NCBI GenBank assembly: GCA_024704765.1
Contig: JAKMXF010000301.1
Coordinates: 337,961-401,960, forward strand
DNA length: 64,000 bases
Origin: Oopsacas minuta
Lineage: Eukaryota; Animalia; Porifera
Direction of reading: 5' to 3'
In this document: piece after piece, positions 1 to 12,500 of the stretch
Layout of the letters: each line of letters starts with the position of its first letter
How positions within the stretch are numbered: the stretch's first letter is position 1
Made by a program: the position numbers and the translations under genes
Notes under the pieces: model-generated
What the model saw: only the letters and a program-made list of their open reading frames with translations
What the model was told of the DNA's origin: nothing
The model's database searches: none

Positions 1-137
1 ATTCTTTACAATCTAAGGTTAAAAACAATAGTAATTCAACACGCTAAGTAAGAAGAAACGGTTTCGACTATACCATATTTCTATATGTGTGATTCATCCC
101 CTTCCTTATTTTTTTGCAACTAGGTATTCTAGGCTAG

Positions 138-3100
138 ATGACTGCTCGGAATACTCGTTATAGGAATGTATCTGAGGATAGTACAGATGAAGATATTCAT
201 ATTGAAGATGATACAATTCCGTTGTCGAGTCAACCAGATGAAGACCTTTCTAATCTGAATGTTAACACTCATTCTAAGGTTAAATCTTATCAGTTGTGCA
301 AGGTTAAACATCGTGAGAAGTGCGCTGCTATAACATTCACTTTGCTTACATTGGGATTCGCTATTATCACGATGACGTTAATATACGTAAGTGCTTTCGC
401 CTTACGACATGATCACGTTCTAGATAATGGAGGTTCTGATCCAGATATCCAGAATTGTATCCATGCTCATCTCAGTAATGGTATTATTCTGCCATTACTT
501 GACAAAAAAACTTATTTATACAAACAATTGAATAATAGTTTACGGGTTTTGGTTATAAGTGATCCAGATACCAAAGTATCAGGTGCTTCTCTGTCTATCC
601 TTTCTGGATCCTTTAATGAAGGTCCTGTTCCAGGTTTGGCTCACTTTTGTGAGCATTTATTATTTTTAGGAAATAAGAAATATCAATTACCTGACGCTTT
701 TATGACGTACGTTGCTGAACACAATGGATTTACTAATGCTTATACTGACTTGGGCATTACCAATTTTTATTTTCAAGTTGAATCTGATTTCTTTTTTCAA
801 GCTCTTGATATGTTCTCTAACCTTTTCATACATCCACTTTTTAACTTTGAATATATTCAGAAAGAGATTAATGCAGTTAATTCCGAATACGAATTAGATA
901 AATTTTCAGATGAATGGAGGCTATTTCGTCTCTTGCAACTTGGTTCTAATGAATCACACCCGTTTCACCAGTTTAACATCGGTAATACTGAAACTTTGAA
1001 CATCACTAATATTCAAAGTTATGTGTCTAGTTACTTTTACAAATATTTTAGTTCGAATCTAATGACTGTTGTGTTATATGGAAGTGAAAATATCACTACA
1101 TTGTCTCAAATTGCAGAATTACGATTTGGTATTGTTCCGAATTTGAATTTATTTGAAAGAATCTACCTACCTCCATATTCTTCATTACCCACATTTATAC
1201 TAGCTCAAGCTCTAGAACAAACTAATGCAATAATTTTAGTATTTCAATTACCATCATTTACGAAATATTTTAACTATTCGCCAAATTTTATTCTCTACTT
1301 ATTGGATTTTCCTGGAAGTATTGGTTTCATAAGTAGCATGAGACAATCGGGATTAGTTGATGATATTCATGTAACTACTCAGCAGCTTGTATCAAGTACT
1401 TTATTGAAGATTACTATCCTAGTTCAGAGTAAATTGATATTTGACCAAAAATGGTTTTTTCTTGTTGAATCTTTTTTCTCTTATATCCAACAAATACGCC
1501 AACTTAATTCGAATTTAATGGAGGAAATGTTTGACTCTTGGAAAAAGGTCAATAGTTTCAAGTTTGATTATGAGTTAAATGGTTCTCAAAAAGTTTCTTC
1601 CATAGTTTCGAATTTAGCTCGTCAGATGCAATTCATTCATTCTACAAAAGATTTGTTGTTACCTCCCTGTTCGCTCCTATTTAATTACACTTTCATTTCT
1701 ACTACATTACTCTCACAGATTAAACCTTCTAATCTTCTCATTATAATGTATTCAAATGAATTCAATTCATCTGATAATCAAGGTTGGCGAAATTTGACAA
1801 TGAATGATCAGTATTTTGACATCGATTTTGTTGTTTACCCTATTAATTCTGATTATGTTTCTAAATGGGACAGTGTAAATTCAAGTGCATTTGTTCTCCC
1901 AGATGATAATTTTATTCCCTCTATTTTACGAGTTGAGCCTTCTCTCAGTGAAGGTTTTAATCCTGAGTTGTCTTTATTCGGAAGTCTTGTCATTTGGCAC
2001 CTTTATAATTCCAAGTTTTCAGACCCTTATATCAAATTTTCTTGTATACTTGATACTAGTGACAAATATTATAACTTAGAGCATTATACTGCTCTCCAAT
2101 TATTCAAATTTATTATTTATACAATTTTTCCAGATGAGATGTACATGTATCAAAACTTTTATTCTCTCTCAATTCCTATCCCAAATTATTTCAATAGATT
2201 GTCACTAAATTTTGAAGGATATTCTGATAATATCTTATTTGAGAGTTTCATTGATAAAGCTACTGATATATTGACCAATTCATCATTCTTAACCAATAGC
2301 TATGCTTATACTATAGCTTATAATATGTATTCAAACACCTTGGCTAATTATTTCAAACAATCAACTGCTGTTGATTTAGTGATTGATAATTTCAAGCTTT
2401 TATTCTTTCCAACTGCATATAAGATTGTTGACATTTACGAAAGCTTACAAAATATCACGAAAGATAAGTTTATTCATTATTTATACGAAACTAATACAAA
2501 CTCATTTCTAACTTGCTTCTCATTTGGAAATGTTGATAAATCTTTATCCCTAAGGACTGGTAATAAAATTCAACAAGAATTTGGATCAGACTTGATGATA
2601 TCTCCCGTAATTCAACAATTGACTCATTTATGCCAAGGAGTTAACTATACCTTCTCGCGAAATAACTCTAACAGCCAAGATTTAAATTCAGTGATAGATG
2701 TTGTATATCAATTTGGCTCAATTTGTGGGGTGAAGAAGTTAGGTGACAGTTGTAATACTACCCAATTACAAAGCTATGTGCTGTTGAAATTACTAGTGAG
2801 TATAATGTCAACGCACTTCTTCTCCATATTGAGAACTGAGGAACAATTGGGTTACCTAGTTCAAAATTTTATATGGACAGAATCAGATGAAATTTTTTTG
2901 CATTTTCTTATTGAAAGTCCTTATAATAGCCCTGATTATCTAGAAGAGAGAATCGATCATTTTCTTTTGAATTTTAGCAAAACACTCGGATCAATACCTC
3001 TAGACAATTGGGATGATATTATTAGCGCTTATAACCAAACCATACTAGTTGAACCAAATTCATTTGATACTGCCTTTGAAAGTGTTTGGTCTGAAATTAG

Positions 3101-3329
3101 CACTAGACAATATCAGTTTTCGAGGAATTCTCAAATTAAGGATATTCTTAATACAATAACAGCAACAGAAATTATTTCTTATTTTCATATGATATTCTTT
3201 GATGCTCCAGTGCCAAGAGTTAACTTCAAACTTTTTGCTCATCATCTACATCAAACTACACAAAGCATCAATACACATGACTTAGACTACGATACGATTA
3301 ACATCTTTAAACAGAATCTTAACTGTTAG
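138..3329 (+). CDS. Insulysin/IDE-like M16A zinc metallopeptidase (1063 aa, intronless) with N-terminal type II signal anchor
   Basis: Inverted zinc motif HFCEH (aa 169-173) in GLAHFCEHLLFLG, TNAYT, downstream ligand in INAVNSE, C-terminal LRTEEQLGYLV. Hydrophobic aa 63-89 preceded by KVKHREK. Confidence 0.93.
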   Translation: MTARNTRYRNVSEDSTDEDIHIEDDTIPLSSQPDEDLSNLNVNTHSKVKSYQLCKVKHREKCAAITFTLLTLGFAIITMTLIYVSAFALRHDHVLDNGGSDPDIQNCIHAHLSNGIILPLLDKKTYLYKQLNNSLRVLVISDPDTKVSGASLSILSGSFNEGPVPGLAHFCEHLLFLGNKKYQLPDAFMTYVAEHNGFTNAYTDLGITNFYFQVESDFFFQALDMFSNLFIHPLFNFEYIQKEINAVNSEYELDKFSDEWRLFRLLQLGSNESHPFHQFNIGNTETLNITNIQSYVSSYFYKYFSSNLMTVVLYGSENITTLSQIAELRFGIVPNLNLFERIYLPPYSSLPTFILAQALEQTNAIILVFQLPSFTKYFNYSPNFILYLLDFPGSIGFISSMRQSGLVDDIHVTTQQLVSSTLLKITILVQSKLIFDQKWFFLVESFFSYIQQIRQLNSNLMEEMFDSWKKVNSFKFDYELNGSQKVSSIVSNLARQMQFIHSTKDLLLPPCSLLFNYTFISTTLLSQIKPSNLLIIMYSNEFNSSDNQGWRNLTMNDQYFDIDFVVYPINSDYVSKWDSVNSSAFVLPDDNFIPSILRVEPSLSEGFNPELSLFGSLVIWHLYNSKFSDPYIKFSCILDTSDKYYNLEHYTALQLFKFIIYTIFPDEMYMYQNFYSLSIPIPNYFNRLSLNFEGYSDNILFESFIDKATDILTNSSFLTNSYAYTIAYNMYSNTLANYFKQSTAVDLVIDNFKLLFFPTAYKIVDIYESLQNITKDKFIHYLYETNTNSFLTCFSFGNVDKSLSLRTGNKIQQEFGSDLMISPVIQQLTHLCQGVNYTFSRNNSNSQDLNSVIDVVYQFGSICGVKKLGDSCNTTQLQSYVLLKLLVSIMSTHFFSILRTEEQLGYLVQNFIWTESDEIFLHFLIESPYNSPDYLEERIDHFLLNFSKTLGSIPLDNWDDIISAYNQTILVEPNSFDTAFESVWSEISTRQYQFSRNSQIKDILNTITATEIISYFHMIFFDAPVPRVNFKLFAHHLHQTTQSINTHDLDYDTINIFKQNLNC

Positions 3330-4899
3330 TTTCATAAATTCTCTTGTAAACATGAACATCTTTTCAATCGGGAAGTCCTATTTATTATTTACATAGAATA
3401 ATTGATTTTCTCATGTAAATTGTAATGTAAATAGCATCTATTCATAGGAATATAGTATATGTATATATGAATGTGGTTTACCTTATACGTATGAACTCTT
3501 GGAGCATCTGAAGTGCTTATATAATTGATTTCTGGGACTTAACTAGGTATCCCAGGGAATATGCTCATTTTACGAGCTTAACCCAGAAATGCTTTTGTCC
3601 GTTATCAAGGAAGGATTATGGCATGCTATTTTGAATATGAATCGGCAAATACAAGATGTGGTGCATAATCAGGGAAATATGGTAGAACTTGATTAAAATT
3701 ACAATAAAATAACCTGAATTCAGTAAACTTTACAAAATCAATTGAATTCCTGAGATCGACTCAGTACCATGGCAAGCTCATGACAACCGACCTGGCCATC
3801 TAATATAGCCGAGCCTGCTTAGTAGGCCATCAGAAATTGAACTAACATTGTTATTACAAAATACCGGCCTGACAAGTCCCAAAGCTACAGCCATGCAGTT
3901 AAACACCCTTTAGAATCAGATCAAATGGCATAGCCTACTAGATATGAAACCATCTGGAACGTTTATCTACAAAATGTTGAAATGCCAAATGGTCTATAAC
4001 CGTTTCTGAACAAAATATTAATAATAAGTCGGGTATATCCCTTATACTCGCTATGTTGATTTGACCATTATTGAGACGATTATGGAGTTATACGAATATG
4101 TTTACAAAACATGTGAAATTCATCAACTTTTCTTGTCTGTGCGAGGAGAAAAGTGCAAACTTTATCATAACATATTTTTTATATTTTGTACAAAATCGAT
4201 TCTACATCAATTGGCATATCAACATATTTTGAACCTAGACCAATAATAAGGTTTTAAATGGGTTTCAAAGATGGAACATTTTGTATACATATTTGTCAAT
4301 TACGCAATCAGATTACTTACCTTCAATCCGAAAATTTTAACAAAGTGGTTTTTGTGACTATATTCGGGTGAAAATTACCAATTCCTTTATCCCTGGTACT
4401 GAAAGTGCTCAGTTAGCAGGCCTATCTTTAGTAGACTATGCAGATGAAAATATTTTGTCACTTTGTTTAATTATTTGTAAATTTATGTTACAAATTAAGT
4501 ACGATTTAGTATATTCGCGATTACATTGTTTATTTACGGATTAATTTATAAATAATTGATTCGTGCTTACACTAGTGTAAGTACGTATATTTTTAATGAT
4601 CGTATTGTATCACGTAGCTAATTGGAAATTTTGAGAATTATTTATGACTTTCAGATTCTCGTAACTTTTGATGGAATTTCAAATTCTTTGAGGACAAACA
4701 ATTGGTAATGTTTTGTATATAAAGTTGTGGACACGATCTGTACCCCCCTTAATAATTCCTTCCTGAGGTACAAGTGGAATTATAGGGATTAGAGAGAACA
4801 GTAAATTTTATGAACAATGCGTCACTTCTCACAAAGTAAACCCTATTGGCGATTATCTTATATTCAAGTGTTAGTTACTAGCATTTAAACACTGATAAA

Positions 4900-5104
4900 A
4901 CATTCTAAACTCTCGTGATTTTGCTTCTATTTCTACAAGCTTTTGTATTTTGGCACCTAGGATTACATTTCACCTTTGCCTTTCTGCAAGAACATGGTGA
5001 ATTTTAAACAATTCTTGCCCAGACAAGTTTATTTCAAACATTGATTCATTCTACGTATACGAACAGCATCAGGAACAGAATCGATTGTCTGAAACTTGTG
5101 TGAC
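4900..5104 (-). pseudogene. C-terminal Cys-rich fragment of an old Ginger2-like (KRBA2-type) transposase
   Basis: Minus strand reads ...TIDSVPD... then CSCRKAKVKCNPRCQNTKACRN. It continues the fragment at 8598-8900 across the nested insertions. Confidence 0.5.
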
Positions 5105-5342
5105 CAGGGCTGGGGTTGGTTAACCGAATTTAGGGGGAGGGTAACAACTTTTAAATATTAGTTGTTAACAGGTTAACGTTACAATTATTTTTAACACAAT
5201 CAATGATGTTTTGTGACTAAGATTTACAATATGAATACATAGATATTTTATATGAAATCACGATAATATTATATATTTCAAAACGATTGAAATTTGAGAA
5301 ATTTGACATCTAATGATACTGAACTAGCAGAATTTGTGTATA

Positions 5343-8300
5343 TGTTGCAGTGCAAACGCGAGATTAGTCTAACGCGTTCACACTGGTGTAAACGCACGGA
5401 ATATTCAAGTTTTATTACTCTTTCGATTACACCAGTGTAACCGCAAGTAGTCTTGTAATAGAATATTGTGGTATATTTAGAAAAGCTATTTATTTATATA
5501 CGTACTATATTGAATTACGTATTATAGTGTAATGTGAAACTACGCAATAGATTTCGGGAACAATCACTCCCCCAGGTTTGATTTTGTTTCCTAATTTGTT
5601 TAAGGTGGAGGTAATATGGACGAAGCCCCCATATTACCCTCCTTCCAGTACCGCATACCAATGCCGTCAGATTAAGATTCGCCATCAGCGAGTCAAGCGC
5701 TAATGCCAGGCCAGTCCTTGAGATGGTTTCAAAATTTGCAGCCCTAGCCAACTGTGAAACTGTGCCGCCCTTCACCCAATTTGTTAACACCACTATGTGC
5801 CTTATGACATTGGTGTTACAACTCCTATTGCATTTTTGCAGGGACATCTCTGAGTCCTGCAGTGCTTCCACCTGTAAGCTGAGTTACTAGAGATGCCGAG
5901 AGAAGCACTCTGCATGGCTTTTGTGTGTCTACTCGTTACAGGAAGAATGGAATCCAATGGGAGAAGTTTAGTTGGACATATTTCAAACTGGTTTCGAGTG
6001 TAATTAACTGCCAGTGTTCCTTTATCTGTTCCTATTGAATATGAAGTTGCATCTCCACTCGTACGCCCAGTGCCGGATTTAGGTATGTGGGGGGACCTGT
6101 TCGAGGGCAATTCCCCTGGACCCTCTGTAGCCAATTCAAAGCTGTCACGGTTTGCCCACCTGTCCCCATTCCTCAATTTCGAATGCTTGTGTTTATTGTA
6201 TTCAAATTTTGCCTATGTAAAATTCAACTTTATAGTGATATGGCCTTCCCGAAGACTTATTTCGCCCAGTGGCAGCATGGCAGGACTTGACATGACCTCT
6301 AATTATTTAGTTGCACAAAATACGAAGTAGTAGATAACACTTATCGGAGATATAACAGTGAATATGAAAATCGCTAGGAATTTGATGTGGACAACTCAAA
6401 GGTTTCTAGTATAAGATTTATAGCGATTAAAGTCGAAGTTAGGTGTGCATAAAATAATGACTTTGAGTTGTGGGGCGCCCTAAATGTGGGGGCCCTGTTC
6501 GGCTGCACACTCCTAAATCCGGTGCTGAATATACCCCAGGATGTTGTGAGGACCCAATGAGTGAACTTTATCAGGCTGAGAGATAGGAATTATTACGGAA
6601 TCCCCCACTACAGCAAGATTGAACCTCTTTGATACTGTATTAAACATCCTATCTTGTTGTTTCTCTTGATAACCCTTGATCACAGCCCTCATCTTGTTAC
6701 ACGCTTCTCTCCTGGATGGAAGATCACACGCGGGACACACTACACTGCTTCCGTAGCCTTCTTTTCCCTCAGACCGCCCGCATATAATGTTGATGAAGCC
6801 AAAACAGCTTAGACATGAATGCGCACCAGAAGTTTCTCTTCCATAGCAACACAATCTCAAGTTGATATCGAACTGCAATAATTAGGTTCAGGTGAAGTGA
6901 ATTGAGAACTAGCAGTCCCTGAATAGTAATTGGATGAAGAATATCATGTGAAATCTGGTTATCGAAGAAAAGGGAATATAGTAGAGTGGCGGAGAAGTAA
7001 TATTGGAAGGAAAAGGACACCAAATTATGGCTAACAATTGTTCCTAACATTATTGTTTTCAAGATTTGATCTTCATATTCGTCTGGCTGGGTGGGAAATT
7101 TTCAAAGAGGAGGAAATGGAATAGCTGATTATGATTGATTATCAGCATCACCTTGATATTTATGTTCACTTCCTTCTGACTCTTTGGTTAGAACTTCTAC
7201 TTGACTAGGTTGTGCAATGTCCCTCTGGAAGACTTCAATGTCATCTTCAGTATTAATGATAGGCCAGAATTTGCCAATCTTTGTTAGTCCCATCGGCGGC
7301 TTCTGTTGTAGACAGTTTCATAAGGGGTGCTCCTGATGGCTGTGTGATAGCTTGTGTTCAAGTTCCACTGCACCCACCTTAGGTACTTCACCCAGCAATG
7401 ATAATTGTTGTTATCATGCATCATTCCGAAAAGACCTTTGATTTCACAAAAAGGCCACAAATCTTTTCTGTCACACCGTGATATTTCAGTTAAGCCTGCG
7501 TAAAGAGTTGGCTTCTACCAGTATGGTTACCTTCAAGCCGAAGAAGCGAGTCCAATGTATTGTCTATTTCTTCTATCGACAATAATCTTCTTGATATTCC
7601 ATCTTTCTTGTCCTTAAGATACAGGATTAGTTCCTTGATAGGACACGAGCTCAAAGCGTTCCTAGACCCTTAGCCATCTGGAAAGTTCATTCTTCTTGGA
7701 GAACTGATGGCATGGTAATTTGGAGCAAAGTGATTTTATTAGTTATATCAGCTCTCGTTTAAGTAGAACTTGATGGTTCAGTTGATATAGTTAATAGTGA
7801 CTAGTTGAATTCACTCCTGGACATGTTACTTTTTCCAGTCATTAAAATTGTATTCACTAATAAGAGATCTCACAAATACACCCATTGACCTATTTATGTT
7901 CAGGTATTAATTACAAATAGATATTGCAAATTAGCGTCAAACATCAATTCAGTCATACTTCTTCAAGCGACAATAGCACGAATAGAAAACTTTGAACTCC
8001 ATTCTCCATTCAGTACTTATGTTATCGTCATACAAATTTTGTTAATGAAGCAAGCATATCAATTATCAAGAATTCTCGAATTATTACTTAATTATTACTT
8101 GTTTACTGTTATTTTGCGTAATAGATGTAGTCGTAGTAATATACGTAATTTTAATTTTAAAATAGGTATATATTTTTCATTAAATTAGAGAATTCTGTTA
8201 TTCAATTTATTAATTACGATACGAATCTTAACCGAATACGAACAGTCCGCAACATGGACAATTGGCTACGCGGGCACTTCACTACTTGAGTACATTCGTA

Positions 8301-8456
8301 TATAAATAAATAGTTTTTCTAAATATACCGCAATTTTCTATTACAGCTCTACTCGCGTTTACACTGGTGTAGTCGTGAGATTAACCAAACTTGAATATTC
8401 TCGCGTTTACGCCAGTGTGAATTCGTGTACGTCAATCTCGCGTTTACACTGCAACA
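5343..8456 (-). mobile_element. Ginger2/TDD-type DNA transposon, internally deleted and degenerate
   Basis: ~160-bp imperfect TIRs starting TGTTGCAGTG, 4-bp TATA on both flanks. Minus-strand relics HTGRSQLF..KYHGVT (zinc-binding), WVQWNLNTSYHTAIRSTPYE, VGDSVIIPISQPD..LGPHN, GTDKGTL..YTRNQF and a C-terminal Cys cluster. Confidence 0.8.
6068..6527. mobile_element. hAT-type MITE (460 bp) inserted in the Ginger2 element
   Basis: TIR CAGTGCCGGATTTAGG / CCTAAATCCGGTGCTG. Homologous along its length to 16634-17141. Confidence 0.85.
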
Positions 8457-8597
8457 TATATATAATTTCGTACCTTTGAAATACTGAATACATAGTGGAA
8501 ATGACTCTTTTCTGTTATCCGAATTTACTTATATCCCAGCACTTAATTGGATATAGTGGTAGTTAATCGGTTAACCAGCTATCCGAATCCAACCCTG

Positions 8598-8900
8598 GTG
8601 AGCCAAAAATCGAACTAAATACGTGTGTATCTGAATTCTAATCTTCCTTGATCTGTACCAATTACATAAGATCCTCATCCTTGTCCATGATAACACCCAT
8701 CAATTTTTTGCTCCCAATAGGAATCATCACACCGGGCTTAGCTATCGGAATTATGACTATATTCCCAACACCAGCTGAAGACAATTTGTTCGCTCTGCTC
8801 TTGAGTATCCTACTATAGTTGCCTGGAGACGTTTAAACCACTTCCGCTCTACTTTTATTCTCTTTGCAACCGATGCAAATCGCACATGGTACACCATATG
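8598..8900 (-). pseudogene. Old Ginger2-like transposase fragment (upstream half of the 4900-5104 piece)
   Basis: Minus strand reads CAICIGC...GVGNIVIIPIAKP...MGVIMDKD..YVIGTDQGRLEFRYTR, similar to the inner Ginger2 C-terminus. Confidence 0.55.
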
Positions 8901-9004
8901 TCACATAGGTGTAGTGTACAACGGTACGACAGGGGTATGCCCCGTCAGCACGTAGGCATTACGGTGCCGATGCCTCTTCGCCCCGTCAGATCTCGTTCAT
9001 ATTA

Positions 9005-11404
9005 CAGACACTCCCCGACATACGAACATTCGTAGAAACGAACAAAATAGTTATTTTCATATTTACTCACTGTGTACAGCAAACTACAAACTTGTGGTCA
9101 CTACCAAACGCGCACAAGGCTGTATCACATAGAAAATACACAATTAAAAATAGCTACGACAATGCAGCTTCATTATGATTAAACAATAGGCATTCACCTT
9201 ACAATGCGGCAATGCATTTTTATGAAAAATTATTTTTGCAGGTTTAGGAACTATTGTATAGAAGTAGGCCCATTGTATTTTTGTAACTAATGTATATTTT
9301 AGAAGAAAATATACGGCATTGATCTTTGTCAAATATTTGAGGCATCGTTTACTCAGAATGGATAGCAAGAAGCGTAAGGTGAGTGATGCAGTGGTAATGC
9401 TAAAAACGTCATGCTATCTCGATGGAAACAAAAGTGGCAATAACAAAAAAGCTAGATAGTGGCGAAAAAATGGTGAATGTAGCCCGCGCTTACAATATGA
9501 ATCGTTCCACCATTGGTACGAGATACAAATGCAAAGATCGTGTTATGGAACACGTGAAAAGTGCAGTGCCTATGCAGCCTACTATTATTAGCAAGAAGAG
9601 GGGTAAACTATTAGAAGAAATGGAAAAGCTTCTCGGTCTTTGGATGGAGCACCAGTGGCAGCGTCATGTAGGACTTAGCCTCATGCTGATTCAGGAGAAG
9701 GCTAAGTCAATTCTTGAAGATTTTAAGGCTAAAACTGGTGAAAGTGCAGAAGAGGAGACTTTTGCTGCAAGCATGGATGGTTCCAACGCTTCAAGAAACG
9801 AACAAACTTGCATCGTGTTACTGTATTGGGTGAAACAGCAAGTGCCGACAAAGTGGCTGCCGAGAAATTTCCAGTTATCTTGGAAGATATCATCAATGCC
9901 AGTGGTTATGCTCCTCAGCAAATTTTCAATGTGGACAAGACTGGTCTTTTCTGGAAACAAATGCCTCAGAAAACGTATATTAGCCGTGAAGAGAAGACGA
10001 TGCCAGGCTTTAAGGCTGCGAAGGATAGGTTAACCTTGATGTTGGACGGCAATACATCAGGAGACTTCAAGCTTAAACCACTATTAGTCTACCGAGCTGA
10101 GAATCCACGAGCATTCAAGAATCTTACGAAAAATTCACTTCCTGTAATTTGGAAGTCTAATACAAAGGCCTGGGTGACACTCGTTGTATTCGAGGACTGG
10201 TTTCTCAACCACTTCATTCCCGAGGTCAAGCTGTATTGCTGGAAAATGGAAATCCCTTTCAAGATCCTCCTGCTTTTAGATAACGCACCTGGTCATCCTC
10301 CACATTTGGATGATTTTTACCCTGATGTGAAAGTTGTTTACCTTCCCCCTAACACAACTTCACTCCTTCAACCAATGGATCAAGGTGTTATTGCAAATTT
10401 TAAGAAATATTACACACGTCGTACCTTCAGCCAAGCATTGAAGGCAGTGGAAGATGATCATAATACGACCTTAAGTGACTTTTGGAAGACATTTAACATC
10501 TACATGTGCGTCAAACACATTGATGCTGCATGGCATGAAGTTTCACAGACCAACATGAGCGGTGTTTGGAAGTTTTTGTGCCCACAGTTTGTCAACAATT
10601 TTCAAGGATTCAACAAGAAGAGGACAAGAAAATCCTTGAAAACCTTGTTGAAATATTTTAAAAGCTTGACATTGACCTGGATGAAGAGGACTTCGAAGAG
10701 CTGTTTGAGTCACATTCACAGGAATTGACAAATGAGGAACTAATGGAATTGGAAGCCATGCAAAGACAATCCGAACAAGAAGACGAGGAAGAGATTCTTC
10801 CTATAAAGAAATTTGATACAAAGATGATGGCCGAGGGGTTTAGTCTTATCGAGGAAGCTCTCGCTATTTTCGAGAATCAGGATCCAAATGATGAGAGATT
10901 TTCAAAAGTAGCAACAAGTGTCCGCGATTCCTTCCAATGTTATCGCATCATCTACAATGAAAAGAAAAGAAAGACAACGCAAACCTCCTTAGGCCAATTC
11001 TTCAAGAAGCGTGATGATCCTCGTGAAAACATCAAATCGGTGGTGGAAAATCTCCTTGAAAATGTAGAGGCAATGCCTTCAAACATATGTGTTTCATCTC
11101 CACTGCCCTCTTCATTATATGATCCCTCCGATGTTGATGGACCGTTGTAACACTTAAATATAGCCTACTGTAGTGTATCCTGTATGTGAATATGTTCTGT
11201 GTTTTAAAATATTTTATTTTTGTGTCTTTCAATAAGATATCAATTATCAACTTGCATATCTGTTGTGTATAATGATGTAGAGGATGTTTTAGTAGGGATA
11301 TATTGTGCTCAGCATCACAAAACAATACTGTATCAACTAACGAACAATTCGAGGTACGAACGTCTGTCCGGAAGGTAACTCATTCGTAAGCTGAGGAGTG
11401 TCTG
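9005..11404 (+). mobile_element. Tigger/pogo DNA transposon, copy 1 (frameshifted)
   Basis: TIR CAGACACTCC / GGAGTGTCTG, TA on the left flank. HTH-psq and CENP-B HTH N-terminus, DDE_1 motifs FNVDKTGLFWK, LLLLDNAPGH, QPMDQGVI. Confidence 0.95.
9422..11150 (+). pseudogene. Tigger transposase in three ORFs (two frameshifts)
   Basis: ORFs 9422-10033, 9808-10728 and 10725-11150. Frameshifts near ASHGWF (~9770) and ~10620. Confidence 0.9.
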
Positions 11405-12307
11405 TTCAATTTTTTGTAAGAATACAACCTGAGATCGCATATTAGCTTCTGCAAACGGAATGCAATAATCGGCAATTTAGAGAGCATCCAAATGTGGGTC
11501 ATTATTGGTAATAGATTTGTCTAAAGAGCCATCTGATGGCATTATTAGGTCCTGCAATTTTGTAGATGTGTTTATAGTTTACTACCACTAATAAATTCAG
11601 ATGACCAAAAGTCTACCATTTCGATACAATAGGAATATGAAATTACCATACATAAATTCAACATATCGCTGCCCAGAACAGACATTTCAATGGACTCATC
11701 GCCTTAGTATAGAGAATGCTATGGATAAAACAGCCTAGTCAAGACACTGCCCATGTGAAATTCCCCTTCAATCCTAGTACATATCACAGGTTTAACTTTA
11801 GCTGTTCCCGAATGTTAGCAATATACCACATATATATATCTACGTGTGACTAGATGTGATAACAGCAAAACTCAAAAAAAGAAATTCTTGAATTATGCCA
11901 GAACACTGAATAGTTTTTAGTGGTAATAATAGCCCTGAGTTTGATGCCCCGAATTGGAGAGTCGACCTTCCCGTCAATTAATTATCAAAGAAATTTGAAA
12001 ATTCTTTGAGTGACAGCTGGGACGGTTAAATTGCATAAGTCTTAGTACAGAAAACTAGAAAATATCTAACGAATAATAATTATTATGATTATATTATAAA
12101 TATGGTGGAGTCAATGTGACATCTTTATATAACTCAGAGGGAAGTGATGTGTACCTCCCAATTTTGCCAAATTGAAATGCTCAAGAGGCACAATCCTGAT
12201 AAGTTAGAACAGGAGTTTCCAACTTACGACCCGCGGGCCAGAGTCCGACACGCTTACTTGTAAAACGAACGTAGATCATTATTCCCAATACCAAAATGAC
12301 TACAAAC

Positions 12308-12500
12308 CAAGTTTGCAACCGAATAGTTCAATATTCGGTTCAACCGAATAATTCTTGGTTATCAAGCGAATATCAGTATTCGGTATTCGGTATTCGGTTG
12401 TTCCAAACCGTATATTATCAGTAGTATTAGGTTGATGTAACTGAATATTATTAGTATTCGGTGTGTCCAACCGAATAATATCAGTGTTCGGTCAAGCAAC
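12308..12500. repeat. Small insertion rich in TATTCGG/CCGAATA motifs, related to the 122-bp element at 37862
   Basis: Starts CAAGTTTGCAACCGAATA, contains tandem TATTCGG x3. Right end unclear. Confidence 0.45.

Larger units (their letters stand above)
5105..8597. mobile_element. hAT-like MITE split by a Ginger2 insertion
   Basis: Related inverted ends CAGGGCTGG..GGTTAACCG (5105) and CGGTTAACC..CCAACCCTG (8597). No clean 8-bp TSD. Confidence 0.45.

Noticed and set aside
3540-4420. Element bounded by the CCCTGGTAC(T)GAAA motif (also ~23750 and ~29133)
   Set aside because: The recurrent motif suggests a repeat end, but I could not pair termini or find a TSD.
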